DNA of 64,000 bases, taken from assembly GCA_951406725.2 (NCBI GenBank), contig OX597825.1, positions 47,306,001 to 47,370,000 on the forward strand. Direction: 5' to 3'. The position numbers were made by a program, and so were the translations under genes. Positions 24,700-38,866 of this stretch are shown piece by piece. Numbering within the stretch: position 1 is the stretch's first letter; each line of letters starts with the position of its first letter. This stretch comes from Octopus vulgaris. Its lineage: Eukaryota. The notes below the pieces were generated by a model that did not search any database, was not told the DNA's origin, and saw only the letters and a list, made by a program, of their open reading frames with translations.

Positions 24700-25760
24700 T
24701 ACCTTCCACAATATGCACTTCATATACTATATCCTTACGCGAGAGTATCTTTTAATCGTTCGAGGATTTATTAAGAGAAAATCTCTATTAATACAAACAT
24801 AACTAGGACTGACTTTTTAGACATTTTCATAGACCTCAGAACTAATTCCTATAAGCACTTCCTTAAGCCTAACGAGAAACTTAAATATATTTATAAGCAT
24901 TTCTATAATCCGCTGATTAAAAACTTAATTTCAAACATTAGCTGTAGGATCACATGCCTTTCTTTTTCTAAAGAAATATTCGATAAGGCTGCCCCATATT
25001 ATAAAAAAGGTTCTACAGGATAGCGGATTAACTAATAAAATCTTTTACAACTCCCTATCTCCTCTTTCATCTAGTCGTAAGACTAGGCCTCGGAAAGTTT
25101 TATGACTCCCTTCCCTGTTTCTCCCTTAATGTTAGGACAAACGTGGGTAGAAGATACCCGCACTTAGTAGATATTCACTTTTCAAGAACCCATAGATAAA
25201 ATAAGATCTATGAAACACGTTAAAAATTGCTTTTCCTTGTCCTCCCAACTTCCTCCTAATATAATGACCTGTATTAATAAACAACCGACGACTCAAACCT
25301 GCCCTTGATGCACATGTAGAGACAACTCTTAATGTCCTCTACGGCAGAAAGGTGATATATATTCCATTGTTTATGACGCACAGGTATCAACGAATTATGA
25401 CAACGGTCGAACAGGAACCAAGCGTTATATCAGATCAGTAGGTTTTATATCCAGATATAACAATCATCTTTCGATTTTAATACACCGTGAGAAGGGATAT
25501 TCAGCAACCCACCAGCCTTTAACCTGGAAGCTTAAAGTTGAAAGGATGAACTACGTCATAAAATGGAAATTCTTTTCCGAAACCAGGCCCTATATTAACA
25601 AGTCAAAAAGAGGTTCAACATGATCCCTTGAAAAACTATATCTCTTAAGGAACTTAAGAACTTCGAACGACTCTGCAAATCCCAAGAATGAAATTTTAAG
25701 TAATACATCTTTGCGGAATTTAGAAATAAGCCACCAGACACATCGTGAACAATTTATATC
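24700..25760 (+). mobile_element. Decayed Nematis/Neptune-type PLE (RT thumb and GIY-YIG)
   Basis: ISINTNITRTDFLDI; CTCRDNS*CPL...SIVYDAQV...KRYI; YNNHLSI. Many stops. Confidence 0.7.
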
Positions 25761-26146
25761 ATCTTCATGTTCTTTTCACGTTGGTATAAAGTTGGTTATC
25801 TCCCCTGTATTTTTATTTCTATTTCTTTCTGTCTTCTTCCTTATAAGCGTTCTCTTTTCAAACGTCATCTGCTTTGAATGCAATTGAAAAACAGTCTTGT
25901 TCTCAACTTGAAAATGGCAATATTACGTCATTGTTTATGTTTCGATGGACCTACATAACATTTGAAAATATTAATTTGTGACACTGGAACACTGTGTCAT
26001 ACAGCAGCACTTTTTAGCAGCTTCACATGGCCTACATGAAACGGCATGACACCTCCCTTGCTAAAGACACACAAAAGAAAGTGACAGTTTAGAGTATGTA
26101 TGTATGTATGTATGTATGTATGTATGTATGTATGTATGTATGTATG

Positions 26147-26177
<31 letters not shown>

Positions 26178-26227
26178 CTGTCTATCCATCCATCCACCCA
26201 TCCATCCATCCATCCATCCATCCATCC

Positions 26228-26288
<61 letters not shown>

Positions 26289-26502
26289 GTTGTACCAGTA
26301 CAACTAACCAGAGCAACACGCCAAGGAGATCTTAGTATAGTTAGTGGTATGTCCTTTTCTACACCAGGCACCTGAAGTGACACAACCTGCTCTGTTTGAT
26401 GCAACACAACTAGAGGCACGGTATCCTGCCCCTGTGGGACACATACAGGATGGCTTGGAACGATCGTCATGCTGAATAAAGATTCGTACTAAATCCATCT
26501 GC

Positions 26503-26790
26503 AGTAAGAAGCTTGCTTCCCAACCACGTGGTTCTCGATCCAGTCCCACTGCGTGAGACCTTGAGCATGTGTCTTCCACTATACGGAATATTTATACTTG
26601 ATACCTTAAGTAAGAAATTCCCGTCAACACGTTTTGGCCTTTATAGGGATGGCGTTTTTGCAATCTCTAGAAGGCACACCCTGGACAGCCTTAAGAGAGG
26701 CCTGATTCACACGTTCAGGTCACTGTTGCGACAGTAACCATAGTAAATTTCTTAGCTATAATGCTCGATTTGGATACTGATTAATCTGGG
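26503..26790 (+). mobile_element. SINE head followed by a PLE RT fragment
   Basis: CORE-SINE head 26503-26585, then GIFILDTLSKKFP..FGLYRDG, resembling the PLE RT motif GLYRDDG. Confidence 0.6.
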
Positions 26791-28255
26791 AGCCCACTTG
26801 AAATCAAAAAGGAAAAATTTTAGTAGTTGCCCTCATGATAGAAAATTAATTTTCGAAGCGTGGTCTTCTCCGTTTGAAAACAGCAAAGTTTTTCGGTTGT
26901 TTTTTTTACCCCAATCAAGTCAAGGCAGTATATGCGACTATGTGCTTCCGGTCAGTAAGTCAGATAAGCTGTGTGTATTGCCAAGTGCAATAGTAGACAC
27001 AAAACCAGTGATAACATTTTGGTCGGCTATATACCATAACCAGGAATACACTTCTCGATAATATGGAAGAATAACCACTCAAATTCTCTCTTGGTGTGTG
27101 TTCTTTTTTTACTCATGGACAATTGGCCGATACGCACGGAGAGACAGATAGAGAGACAGACAGATACACACACATTAGTTATCTGTGTTAAGACATGTGT
27201 AATTACAATTCTTGTGAATCCCTTTTACATCAACAGAATAACTATCCGTTCTACGAAAATAATACTGTTAAATGTTAAAGCAAATATATACTTCAATATA
27301 ATTAACATTATGAAAAAAAACAATCTTCAATCAAGATATTTTCTAGCGGGGAAAGGATTTTATAATGTGATACGACAGCTTATAATTGTGCTCTTTCAAG
27401 TAAATGCAACGAAATTACTTCAGACAAAGAGAATTTGACGTAAATATTAACTTCTAACACCTACTTACCCGATTTTTTAGTTCCACTAGTTTTCTGAAAG
27501 TAATATTATTATAAGTCTTTTCTAATTAAATAAAGTAGTTAACCGTAAGAGTTTCTCACCTAGTAAGTTTATATTTAGAAACAACAGCTGCACACCTTCG
27601 AAATTCAGATCAAAAGATAACTTACTGAAGTATTACTGAACTGTTAGTAATAAGTTTATTGCATGACATATGCATTTTAACTGGACACTCTAAAATTGTC
27701 ATTATAAGAATTCTAACAATAACTGACAATTAAACGATTAGATTTAGTCAGTTGTGACGATTGGCACCTCCCACATGCTGCATGTTCATCATTCCAGGTG
27801 TATGTTATACCAATGAAGTTAAAGGAAAGCTTGAAAAGCAATGAATAGGCGTTATTTTCAGGTTTCACAAGCAACTCTGAAGAGCCAGTTTTTGCTGATT
27901 GTGCATCAGTACTAATAATATACAAAAGCATGTTGTATTCCGGCTTGAAATTGACATCAATATGTCACAAATTTATAAAAGAAACTTTGCAATTTAAAAA
28001 TTAATTTGGAATTAATCAAAAACTTCTATATATGATGTTGTTTTGAACATGGAAATAAAAAAAAATTTGGAAATTATCTCATCGTTAATAATCATCTTGA
28101 CGTATTTAAGTAGCATGCCATGAATTGGGAATTAGTGCCAAACGGAGACAAAAGTAAGAGAATTTACCTCTTGTTTTACAGCGTTCGGCAGAGTATATAG
28201 TCACGTAGGGTTTTTTTATAAGCTTAGATGAATTGATAGTTTAGTGGGGAGAATA

Positions 28256-28480
28256 GAGCTGGCAGAAACGTTAGCAGGTCGGGCCAAATGCCTAGTGGTA
28301 TTTCATCTGCCGCTACGTTCTGAGTTCAAATTCCGCCGAGGTCGACTTTGCCTTTCATCCTTTCGGGGTCGATAAATTAATTACCAGTTGCGTACTGGGG
28401 TGAATGTAATCGACTTAATCCCTTTGTCTGTTCTTGTTTGTCCCCTCTGTGTTTAGCCCCTTGTGGGTAGTAAAGAAATA
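28256..28480 (+). mobile_element. Meta-domain tRNA-derived SINE
   Basis: Box B 'gagttcaaattcc' and Meta-like core 'gcctttcatcctttcggggtcgataaa'. Confidence 0.8.
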
Positions 28481-28582
28481 AGAAGTACTATCAGTATCAT
28501 CTTCCTGAAAAGTAATATGCGCGAAAAATCTGAATTGGTTCTCCAACTCGGTATTTGGGAATCTCCCCCTCTTCTGTATAGC

Positions 28583-28798
28583 TATTTCTTTACTACCCAC
28601 AAGGGGCTAAACACAGAGAGGACAAACAAGGACAGACAAACGGATTAAGTCGATCATATCAACCCCAGTGCGTAACTGGTACTTATTTACTCGACCCCGA
28701 AAGGATGAAAGGCAAAGTCGACCTCGGCGGAATTTGAACTCAGAACGTAACGGCAGACAAAATACGCCCGGCGTGCTAACGTTTCTGCCAGTTCGCCT
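28583..28798 (-). mobile_element. Meta-domain SINE, inverted partner of 28256-28480
   Basis: Reverse-complement homolog. Confidence 0.8.
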
Positions 28799-29141
28799 AT
28801 TCTGTATAGCGTACACCAGATTTTCTGACTAATTTCAACAATATAATAATTTCTGTAAATATAGTTTACAGGGTATTTAGTGCTGATAAACAATGCCAAC
28901 GTAAAAGTGAATAAAATGTGAATGCCAAGTGGAAGTGAACTCATATCTTCTTTGTTGACATCTCGGTGTAATTAAACAATTTTCAATCGCTTCTGCATTG
29001 GCTTTGTATATATAAACAGAAACAGTCAAATCTAAACATATCGGTCAATCCTAGTCTAATAAACCCTAGAACGGAAATACAGATCAATGATACTGTAATA
29101 GTTGGTACATTTTGGACTATTGAATTACCGGGCTAATATTG

Positions 29142-29330
29142 GTTTCAAATTTTGGCACAAGGTCAGTAATTTCGGGGGAGTGGGTAAATCGATTTCATTG
29201 ACCCCAGTGCTCAAGTGGTACTTATTTTATCGAAACCCAAAGGATGAAAGACAAAGTCAACCTCGATGGTATTTGAACTCAGAACGTAAAGACGGGCGCT
29301 AAGTAACGATTCTTCTAGCTCGCCGCCTTA
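29142..29330 (-). mobile_element. Meta-domain SINE with 16-bp TSD
   Basis: Flanked by taccgggctaatattg (29126-29141) and tactgggctaatattg (29331-29346). Confidence 0.8.
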
Positions 29331-29346
29331 TACTGGGCTAATATTG

Positions 29347-29640
29347 ATCTACAGTAACACTAGGCTAATCCGATGTAACAGTAACACTATGATAATATTG
29401 AGCCGTCGAAATATTGTGCTCATTTGCGATCCCCTGTAATACTGGACCTATCCTGGACTACAGTAACACTGAGGAAATATCGACTCACAGTAACACTAAC
29501 ATAAGGCTGACTACCTATAATAATAATGAGCGACTAATGAAAGGGTATTATTACACAAATGTAATACTGTCTTAAAATTAGAGCACACTGACACTGCACC
29601 ATAGTAATACTGAGATGATGTGTTCCAGAGTAACCCTGGG
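29347..29640. repeat. Degenerate ~28-bp minisatellite (core acagtaacact)
   Basis: Core recurs near 29350, 29378, 29460 and 29487, with decayed versions near 29560, 29601 and 29627. Confidence 0.55.
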
Positions 29641-29972
29641 GAAATAATGAAGTCGACATAGAGTCGACATAGACCTGGACATTCGGCTGAACAAGTGGTG
29701 TTGCTACTCTCCAACACCACTTTACAACGCCCATGAATATAACATTCACTTTAGTTATAAGTATCGCGAATTTAGTGCAGAATAAAACCGTAAACAGTGG
29801 AAACAGTGTGTCATTAGCTTATAACTAAGTTTAAATTTTCTACTTGAGTCGCTTGGAAAAGTAGATTGGCTTTCTCTTGATAGATACTCTTCCCTGGTGC
29901 ACCAATGAGTCAGGGTATTTACAAATATAGACACAAAAATGATATGAAATGTATTATACTTGTATCTTACAG

Positions 29973-30120
29973 ACTTCCGAGCCTATCATGGATCGTGTGT
30001 TCTAGACAGATATGTTTATATAATTGGTGGCTTTGATGGCATGGAGTACTTCAATAGTGTACGCTGCCTGGACACAACATCGCAAGAGTGGAAAGAAGTA
30101 GGACCAATGCACAACAGAAG
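29973..30120 (+). CDS. KLHL10: KLHL10-like exon 2 (kelch repeat)
   Basis: Acceptor ttacAG. Reads (D)FRAYHGSCVLDRYVYIIGGFDGMEYFNSVRCLD...MHNR(R). Donor AG|GT; phase 1 to 2 fits both neighbours. Confidence 0.88.
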
Positions 30121-30184
30121 GTTCCATTTTTCTAATATAAATTCATGTGTGTGTGTGTGGGGGGGGTGTATGTCTAGTTTTTCT

Positions 30185-30990
30185 CCGAATTTCACCTCGG
30201 AGATTTATGAGTGTTACATTCACGATTGTATCAATGCTCCCTCCTCCTCGTCCAACTCAGGATCTTCGCCTTTGCTGTCAACTCGTTTTACACTCCTTCT
30301 TACAAGTTATGTCCATTCTGAACTTCACTGCTACCATCAGTTACCTCTCCTCACTATCACTCGTTTTCGCTTAGACTCTACCGACTCCTACTCCTAACTC
30401 GACCTTACCTCACTCACTTCTACATTCTCATAACATGCCTTCTTCACCCTTTTCCTCTCGCTTATCACTTGTCCATTCTGTCCCTTCAATCCTCCAAACA
30501 AAACTACCAACATCCCACGGCCAACTATCTCCTTTAAACGTGCCTCCCTCACTACTCTTCTTACCAGATCCAATTACCATTATCAATTACAGCTTCAAAT
30601 GTTGGATAAACTGGACAAGGCTAGACTAACCACTTACCGAACATTGGCAAGACATCAATTCTACAATGATTGCTGTTGCACGTCAATTTTTGTTCTGCAG
30701 ATCACTCCACCTGTGTTAAATGCAGCCCTGTACAAAGGTCCACACTCTATGCCGACGTGAACAGATAATCATTTTAACTCTTCAAGCTTTCAAGCATAGA
30801 CACAGCAGTTACACCCTTTTATCAAATACGTATATCATCACCACCCACTTACTTGTGCATAACGCACACACACGCATACTTCCAAATACACACACACGCA
30901 CCCAAGAACTCATACCACCAAACACACACTCCCACAAAACCACTACCCTTTCTGCCTACATACCAACCCACGGCAAAATCTTACACTCTG
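30185..30990 (+). mobile_element. Highly decayed PLE RT/EN fragment
   Basis: CYIHDCI (like RYIDDC), STDSYS and TEHWQDI remnants. Composition resembles 11400-12800. Confidence 0.5.
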
Positions 30991-31389
30991 GGAAACTATC
31001 TGTAGGTAGGGAGAGAGAGAGTGTGCGTGAGAGAAAGAGAGAGAGAGGGGGAGAGAGTAGGAGAGGAAATAATTGGAAAATAAGAAAGGGGTGGAATGGG
31101 AAGAAAAGATACGAAATGGTTGACTGTATATATGGGTAATGAGATTGTGGATGGATGGATAGTTGGATGAGTGGATATAGATAAATGGATAGATATGGGT
31201 GGATAGGAATATTTAATTAGCTTCTTGTAGATAATGCCCGTTTCTTTGTCGTTAATCTCCACATGAATTGGTTTGTAGATATAATCTATTGTTGATAGAA
31301 TTAACAAGTGTTTATAATATTAATGCACCTGGTGCTTGAATGATATCTCTCTCTCCCTCTATCTATCTATCTGTCTATCTATCTATCTG

Positions 31390-31480
<91 letters not shown>

Positions 31481-32299
31481 CTCTCTCTCTCTTTCGCTCT
31501 GTATCTCTCTCTACCTCTCTTTTTGTCTACGTTTTTATACATATATGTGTAAATACATGTGTATGAATGTGTGTATGAGTGTGTGTGTGTTGTGCATATG
31601 CGTGTGTGTATACATTATAATGCAATGTATGAATATATTTATATTTAATGATATCCTGGACTGCAATTTTTGTTGAGTCGCCTTCATCTTTCATTTCTAT
31701 TTTTCCTCTATTATTTTCCACTTTTCTTTATTTCTAATCTCATACATCTCTCTTCATCTCTCTGTCTCTCTCCCCTCCTGCTCTCTCTCCCTCCCCCTCC
31801 CTCCTGCTCTCTCTGGCTCCACCTCGCTCTTTCAAACTCTGAAAGGGAAATTTATGACTGAAATGATATTGTCACAAAGATACGTCTTTTAATGATGAAA
31901 AGTTGTTTGTTCCAGTTGTTAGTCTCATACAATAGATGAAGCAGTTATTCTTTATTTTCTCTCCTGTTGACAGTGTGAGTAATGGCCGATGTTGATTTGT
32001 TTTGACTCAGAGATAGGTGGGTCTGATTACATGAAGTTGGTTTAATGACCTGTTTCAATGAAACTGATTAAATATTTAAAGAGAAGTCTGATATATATAC
32101 ATCAGAGCACCCCTGAACGCTACTGGTAACATGTAACCCAGTAGAACCTGTTGGACACATCTTCGGGACGAAAAATAAAACCTGTCAAAAGGGCGAAGGA
32201 GCTCATGAGTAGTCAACAGCCATCCAACAATATGTATATGTATATACAGTTTTATCTTATTCATATTTTAAATTTGATGTACTTAATTTCATATATTAG

Positions 32300-34140
32300 T
32301 GGGCAGATGGGGCTCCTAAATCGTGGTGAACGCATCCCCTCTAGGAGATGGAAACTCTGATATAAAACCAGGTCTTTGATTGCTGAAGATCTCATTAACA
32401 GGGCTGTAATATCAGCAAAGTCATAGAGTAGACGAGGCTCTCCAATTGTTTATAGTGGCTTGTCCAGGAGATGGAAACCTCTGAAGAAAAAGCCTGAGGT
32501 GTGTTCTTCTTGGTACTCTGGTACATATGTACACCATATTCTTGCTATCATCACTTCCAAAAAGTGTGGCTAGTTCTACAGAAGCCTTCATAACTTAAAT
32601 CAAATCATATATGTGGGTTTTATGACAACTTACATTTATTCATTCAATACTTCACAGCTCCAGCTTGCAAAAGTAAAAAGTCCTCTGGCGAGAGAGTGGA
32701 GGGGGCACGGACAGGTAAAAGATATCACTAAAAGTTTCTTGCTGGATCTCTACACAGTCGGTGACCACTGGTTGATGGGTGTTCAAGCACAGAACTTGTG
32801 AGTAACTGTGCTGTCCGTGTCTTCCAGTGGTGACAAAGCAGGTCTATTTAGACACAGCACTGCTTTCCCTTACAGGGAGAGGGGCAAAAAAAGAGCCCTA
32901 AACATTGCTTACTTACCATAAACTTGGCAGCCCGCCGCAGCTGTCTGATTATTCAGTAACACAGCTGAAACATGAAGAAATCTAAGAATACTAACCTTGG
33001 TTCTTGGAATGTGCGCACTCTCCAAGAGAATCACTCAGTACCGGAACGAAAAATTGCACTGGTTACACTTGAACGAAAGAAATACATCGACATAGCTGCA
33101 CTCAGTGTAACTCGTCTTGCAGTCTCATAACAGTTAGAAGAAAGTAAAGGTGAATACATATTTTTTTACTGTGGAAGAAATGAGGACGAGCCACGCTACT
33201 TTGGTATTGGTTTTGCCTGGACAACCTGGATGTGTCCTAAGGATTGGCATCTCATATACTATGTTGTCACTAAGTAGCGAGATATTGGGGACTTTAACAT
33301 TACATGTAAGAGATGATCCAGAAAAGTGAATGCTTGTAAGAAATGCAGAGGCCGGGTCCAACGTTCTCTGAGACAGATGAAGGAGGCTTGGTGGTCTTTC
33401 AAAGCAACTGAACTCTAAAACGATGCAGACAAAAAGATTCTAAAACCTTTTATTATAGCTTCAAGAGCATGGTGTTACTCCTATTTTCCTATCCAACAGA
33501 GAGACACTGTTAACTGACAAATCTGACATCCTGAAAGAATGAAAAGATCACTTCGAAGCCGTGTTGAATTCCACCTCAGTCACTAATGATGATGCCATAA
33601 TGTCTATTCCGCAGCTCGCTGAAATAACGGAATTGCCTCTGGAGCCAACCTTCCTGGAAATGGTAAACTGTTAAACAGATCTCTTCTGGTAAGGCCCCTG
33701 GCAGGGATGCTGTCCCTCCTGAAATCTATAAGCATGGTGGACAGAAGCTTTTTAAGACATTGCATAACCTCATCATAAATATTTGGATGGTAGGAAGTGT
33801 ACCACAGGGCTTCAAGTATGCCTCTATTCAACACCTTTATAAGAACAAAGGAAACAGAAGAGGTTGTGTATATTACTTGTGTATATTGCTGGTAAAATCC
33901 ATGCTCGAATCATTCTTGACAGGATCGTCAAACACATTGTAAATGGGATCGTCAAACACGTTGTGATTCTATCCAAAATCACAGTGCGGATTTCGCTTTG
34001 CTCGTGGCACTATCGAACATGATCTTTTCCCTCCGACAGGTCATGGAGAAGGTACGTAAAAAAATCAAGAGTTGTTCATGGGATTCGTCGACTTTCCTAA
34101 GGCCTTCGATGCTGTTAACCTGCAAGTTCTATACAAATTC
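32300..34140 (+). mobile_element. Decayed RTE-clade LINE (5' UTR, APE and RT fragments)
   Basis: GSWNVRTL..IDIAALSVTRLA (APE); GKAPGRDAVPPEIYKHGG, SQCGFR and MIFSLRQVMEK (RT). Confidence 0.8.
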
Positions 34141-34390
34141 TGAACATAAAGTGGCAGTCTTGCGTAGGACCATGTTACCATCTTTTAACCCCATACATGC
34201 ATGCATGCATACATACATACATATATGTGTGTGGGTATGTATGTATATATGTATGTATGTATGTATGCATGTATGTGTGTGTGTGTGTGTGTATGTATAT
34301 ATGTATAAATGCATGTATAATGTACAAGAGCGGGAACGTATGAACGTGTTTATAACGATATAAATGTTACTTTAATACTCTTTATAACAG

Positions 34391-34560
34391 ATGTTATGTC
34401 AGTGCAGCTGTGTTGAACAATGAAATCTATGCTATTGGAGGTTATAACGGAGTGGTAAGGCAGAAAACAGCCGAACGTTATAACAAGGAAAATAATCAGT
34501 GGTCTTATATAACTTCAATGAATAGCGCCCGGAGTGATGCTGCCGCGACAGTACTTCGGG
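34391..34560 (+). CDS. KLHL10: KLHL10-like exon 3 (kelch repeat)
   Basis: Acceptor ataacAG. Reads CYVSAAVLNNEIYAIGGYNGVVRQKTAERY...SARSDAAATVLR. Donor G|GTAAGT; phase 2 to 1. Confidence 0.92.
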
Positions 34561-34837
34561 GTAAGTATACAAAGTTAATTTTACACTTTATCCTGATACA
34601 CATTGTAGAAATAGTAACAGAAAATAATGTGTAGGGGACAGGTGACCAATATTTCGTCCGGTGATAGGAACTTTAATGATGTTAAAGTAAATATAGTTTA
34701 TTTTGATTCCAGAATCTACATATTTCAACAAAGACTTTTACTCAACAAATTGATATATCATAAAATGACCTAACAATTATCTTGAAGCCATTTCTGTGTA
34801 CCCTGGAAATATATATTTATTCCTTCGGTTTTTGCAG

Positions 34838-35109
34838 CGAGAATATACATCTGTGGAGGTTTTGATGGAATTGAAATCTTCAGCTCAGCTGAATATTACT
34901 GTCCAATTACTGACCAATGGACCATGATAACACCAATGAGAAACTTAAGGAGTGGTGTCAGTGTTGTAGCCCATCAGGATTTTGTGTACGCACTTGGTGG
35001 CTTTAACGGAGTGACCCGCATCAATAGTGTCGAGAGATATAGTCCTACCAGCAATTCGTGGCAAACCATACAAGAAATGGATACTCCTAGAAGTAACTTT
35101 GCAGCTGTG
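34838..35109 (+). CDS. KLHL10: KLHL10-like exon 4 (kelch repeats)
   Basis: Acceptor ttttgcAG. Reads RIYICGGFDGIEIFSSAEYY...RSGVSVVAHQDFVYALGGFNG...PRSNFAAV. Donor GTAAGA; phase 1 to 0. Confidence 0.92.
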
Positions 35110-35649
35110 GTAAGAAATTTATATTAATTTTACTGAAGATATTTATGTAATTTACCATCAAGATTTTTATCTTATTTCCTTGTCAAATTATCCAGTGAAA
35201 TATTTTTAAAAATCGAATTGACATAAGACGATCGCTTTACAACGATATGGTTTCGATCGGACCTCATTGAGCAGTACTTTGGGTAGGTGGTTTCTTCCAT
35301 TGTCTCAATCAAGTAAAACATTACGAATGAAATATAGTTGACAGAAAATTAGTGGAAGTCTGTCGGAAAGGACGTCCCTATCCATGGGTGATAAATCCAT
35401 AGCCCGGATTGAGACTAGCGCTTGATTTTTGAGTGCCTTTAGATGTCATTATCAGAGGTCATTTTATTACAACGATTCAGACTCCGGTCTGAGGGCACCT
35501 TCCCTTCCTTGACTAGTACCTTAGTCCCTGAAAAAGGTCAGAGCGTTATCCTTCGATCTTTGTCGAAATTATTACTCCCTGCCACTCAAGTTCTATTATC
35601 ATATATTGTCACGATACAAATTGAACTGCGGGTTTTCATGCCTTTCAGT

Positions 35650-35704
<55 letters not shown>

Positions 35705-35879
35705 CTTATAAATAAGGGCAAACGAAAAAAAATTCTAATGCCAAATATGCCGAAAATTGGACATATTGTCCATTACCATATAATTTTTCACAAAACGCAC
35801 GCTACTCGAAAAAAAGCCGACAAATTTCTAAAAAATTCCATTATTACCATATAAAGCCCCAAATAAAACCAATTTTTGC

Positions 35880-38416
35880 AATACTCCACGGTTGTAAGGT
35901 ATTTCTAACCTTTCCAGATGTTTCTTCAGGTTGGGTGGTATTGAAACCAATGCTCCGATGACAACAGAGACAACCTTTATGTTTAAGTCTCGCAGCTGCT
36001 ACATCTTGCTGACCTTAATTCTCAGGTCTCCATATTTATCAACATTTTCTCTTTCATTTATGATAATAGGTTGATCTCCTGGCATTGTCATGTCGATTAT
36101 TAGGCACTCTTGTTTGTCCCTCTTAAAGGTTACTATATCCTGCCTTCGGTACTCTAACACCTTGTCTGACTGGAAGTCAAACACCAAAAGATATTTGCCT
36201 TCTCGTTTTCGTCCATTATCTTTACTGTGTATGTTGGTGCAAAACACCTGTTACCTCGTATCCATACTTCCGGTATAGTAGTCAGTGAAGGTTTTAGACT
36301 ATTTTGTCGTGTTTGCATTTATACTCTTTCTGTGCAAGACTTTCACAAGTACTTGCAATGTAGGTCATGCTTTCGACCTTCTTCCCACACATTCTTCAGA
36401 GGTTCGCTGTTCTTATGTAGTCTATATCCCTTTTCACTGAGCTGCTATTCAATGCCTGATCCTGAGCAGCAATGATTAGATCTTCAGTCTTCTTTTTAAG
36501 GTCACACTTGATGCTTTCTGGTCTTTTAAGTTCACGGTGGAATTGAGCACGTAATTCCATGCGGAGTAGAGTTCCTTCTCTCTCGTTGGCTATTAGTGAT
36601 CGGGATTCATAGCATTTTTTAGTCCGTTTTGGTTAAATCCTTTTGTTCTAGCAGCATACTGTAGCAGGTCTAGTTCGTTGATTACCAAATACTCTGCCAT
36701 GTTTTTTCTTTCAGTATTGATGCACTCTCGTGCGATAATCAGGCCACGTCCACCGTTGACCTATTCATGTAGAACCCATGTACTTTCGCCTTAGGGTAGA
36801 GGGCACCATGCATTGTTATCGTCTTTGGAGTAGTGTGATCGGGTTGGTCAATCTCATCTCGTGTCCATTTTAAAATGGGTGCACTGTAGTGGACTACAGT
36901 AACAGCCCATATATTGATGGCAGTCACAAGGTTCCTTGAGTTGAGTTTTGACTTCAAGAGTAATCTGAGGCGCTCCAAAAATATGCAGTGGTGACCTTGT
37001 CTTTCATTTCTCTGTGTAAGATATTCTCCACCTTCAAGATCTCAAGCTATTTGTACCCATCGTCACCTGAGTCTCCTATTCGTTCTCCGTTCGGAAGTTC
37101 TAGGCCCCTACAATCTGCTCTTTTCCTCCGTTTCAAAGTGAGCACCGTACACTTCTAGATACCGAATTCTATCCTTATATTATTGCTGTATATCTGTACA
37201 GTCTCAGCCAGCCTCTCCATTTCAGGTTTTGCTTTTGCGAACAGTTTTAAATCCTCCGTGAAGAGAAGATAGTTGAGACGAGACACATTCTTTCTCAACT
37301 CATAGTGCGCGTTAACTTTGCGTAGAACTACAGAAAGTGAGATCAAGGCTATAACAAATGAGAAAGGTGAATAACAATCTCCCTGGAAGATACATCTTTT
37401 GATTGTTACCTCAGATAGGTGCTGGAGGCATGCTGTTCTTAATCAGTGCACACACATTCTCAATTATTCCGCACATGTCGAATGTTTCCAGAGTTCATGA
37501 ATGTGGCAAGATCTTGTAAGCATTTTTAAAGAATATCCAGGCCATGCACAAGTTTTTTGGTACCGTTTGCAGTTCTTCATTACGACCTTGTCTATCACAA
37601 GGTGGTCCTTGGCGCTCTGGATTCTTTTCTGCATCCCCCTTTGTTCTACTGGGAGTAGATTGTTTTCCGCAAGGAACGTATATATTTTCCCTACGTGGAT
37701 GCTTGTTAACACTTTCCGTAAGAGTTTAAGACAAACTTTGGGTTGGTAATTGCTAACCTCATTGTCCTCAACAATGTTGTCTTTCCCTCTACAATCCATT
37801 ATGGAACTGCACCACTCTGTAGGCAATTGTCTAATTGAAACACAATTCGTTTGTGTGTTGACCTAAGTCACTTGAGCGGTAGCCTTGGATTCTGTCTGGT
37901 CCTGTCGCTTTCCAGTTTGGCAGTTTTGATACAAGTGTAATTACATCTTCTGTTGTTATGCATACGTGGTCCTGTCGTGGAGCCACAGGGTGATGGGGTT
38001 AGGATCTCCCTGAATAAATCCACTCAGCACCGTGGTTGTGGGAAATCTCCTGCCCCCATATGTTATCCCGAAATTGACTGGTCCAAAAGGACAATGGAAA
38101 GAAATTGTGAGGGCATATCTTGAAACAAAATACCAAACAGGAAAGAAAAGTTTCAAAACTGTTACTGAAACCCTAAAACAACGTGTTGGAGCAAAATCAT
38201 TGACAGTACAAGGCTACACTGATTGTATATCGCAGTTCCAGCAAAACAGATTATTTACAAATAGTCAATGGCAGGATTTTAAGAGATTAAGTGGAGATAC
38301 AAAAGATAATACATCTAAAGCAGAGGAAACCTGCCAGTTTTGAAATAACATCTGGAACCAAGAGGTTTCCCACAACTACGGTGCTGAGTGGGTTCATTCA
38401 GTGAGATCCGAACTCT
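35880..38416 (-). mobile_element. R4/Dong-clade RLE LINE, decayed, with inverted 5' segment (38050-38416 on +)
   Basis: NWKATGPD, QGD..SP, LLFTEDLKLF, LKSKLNSRNLVTAIN and RLE RQDIV..CLIIDMTMPGD..KYGDL. Confidence 0.85.
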
Positions 38417-38441
38417 ATTATTGTCATTATTATTATTATTA

Positions 38442-38822
38442 AGGTAGTAAGCTGGAAGAATCGTTAGCACGCCGGGCGAAACGCTTAATGGTATTTCGTC
38501 TGCCGCTACGCTCTGAGTTCACATTCCGCCGAGGTCGACTTTGCCTTTCATCCTTTCGGGGTCGATTAAATAAGTACCAGTTAGGCACTGGGGTCGATAT
38601 AATCGACTTAATCCGTTTGTCTGTCCTTGTTTGCCCCTTGTGGGTAGTAAAGAAATAGGTATTTCGTCTGTCGTTACGTTCTGAGTTCAAATTCTGCCGA
38701 GGTCGACTTTGCCTTTCATCCTTTCAGGGTCGATAAAATTAGTATCAGTTATGTGCTGGGGTCAATGTAATCGACTTAATCCCTTCCCCCAAATTTGAGA
38801 CCTTGTGCTTCCAGTAGAAAGG
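38442..38822 (+). mobile_element. Meta-domain SINE dimer
   Basis: Two tandem units carrying the Meta-like core, between (TTA)n tracts. Confidence 0.8.

Positions 38823-38866
<44 letters not shown>

Noticed and set aside
30121-30397. Extension of the KLHL10-like exon 2 ORF
   Set aside because: Read-through into the intron and a PLE remnant; kelch homology resumes at 34391 in the correct phase.
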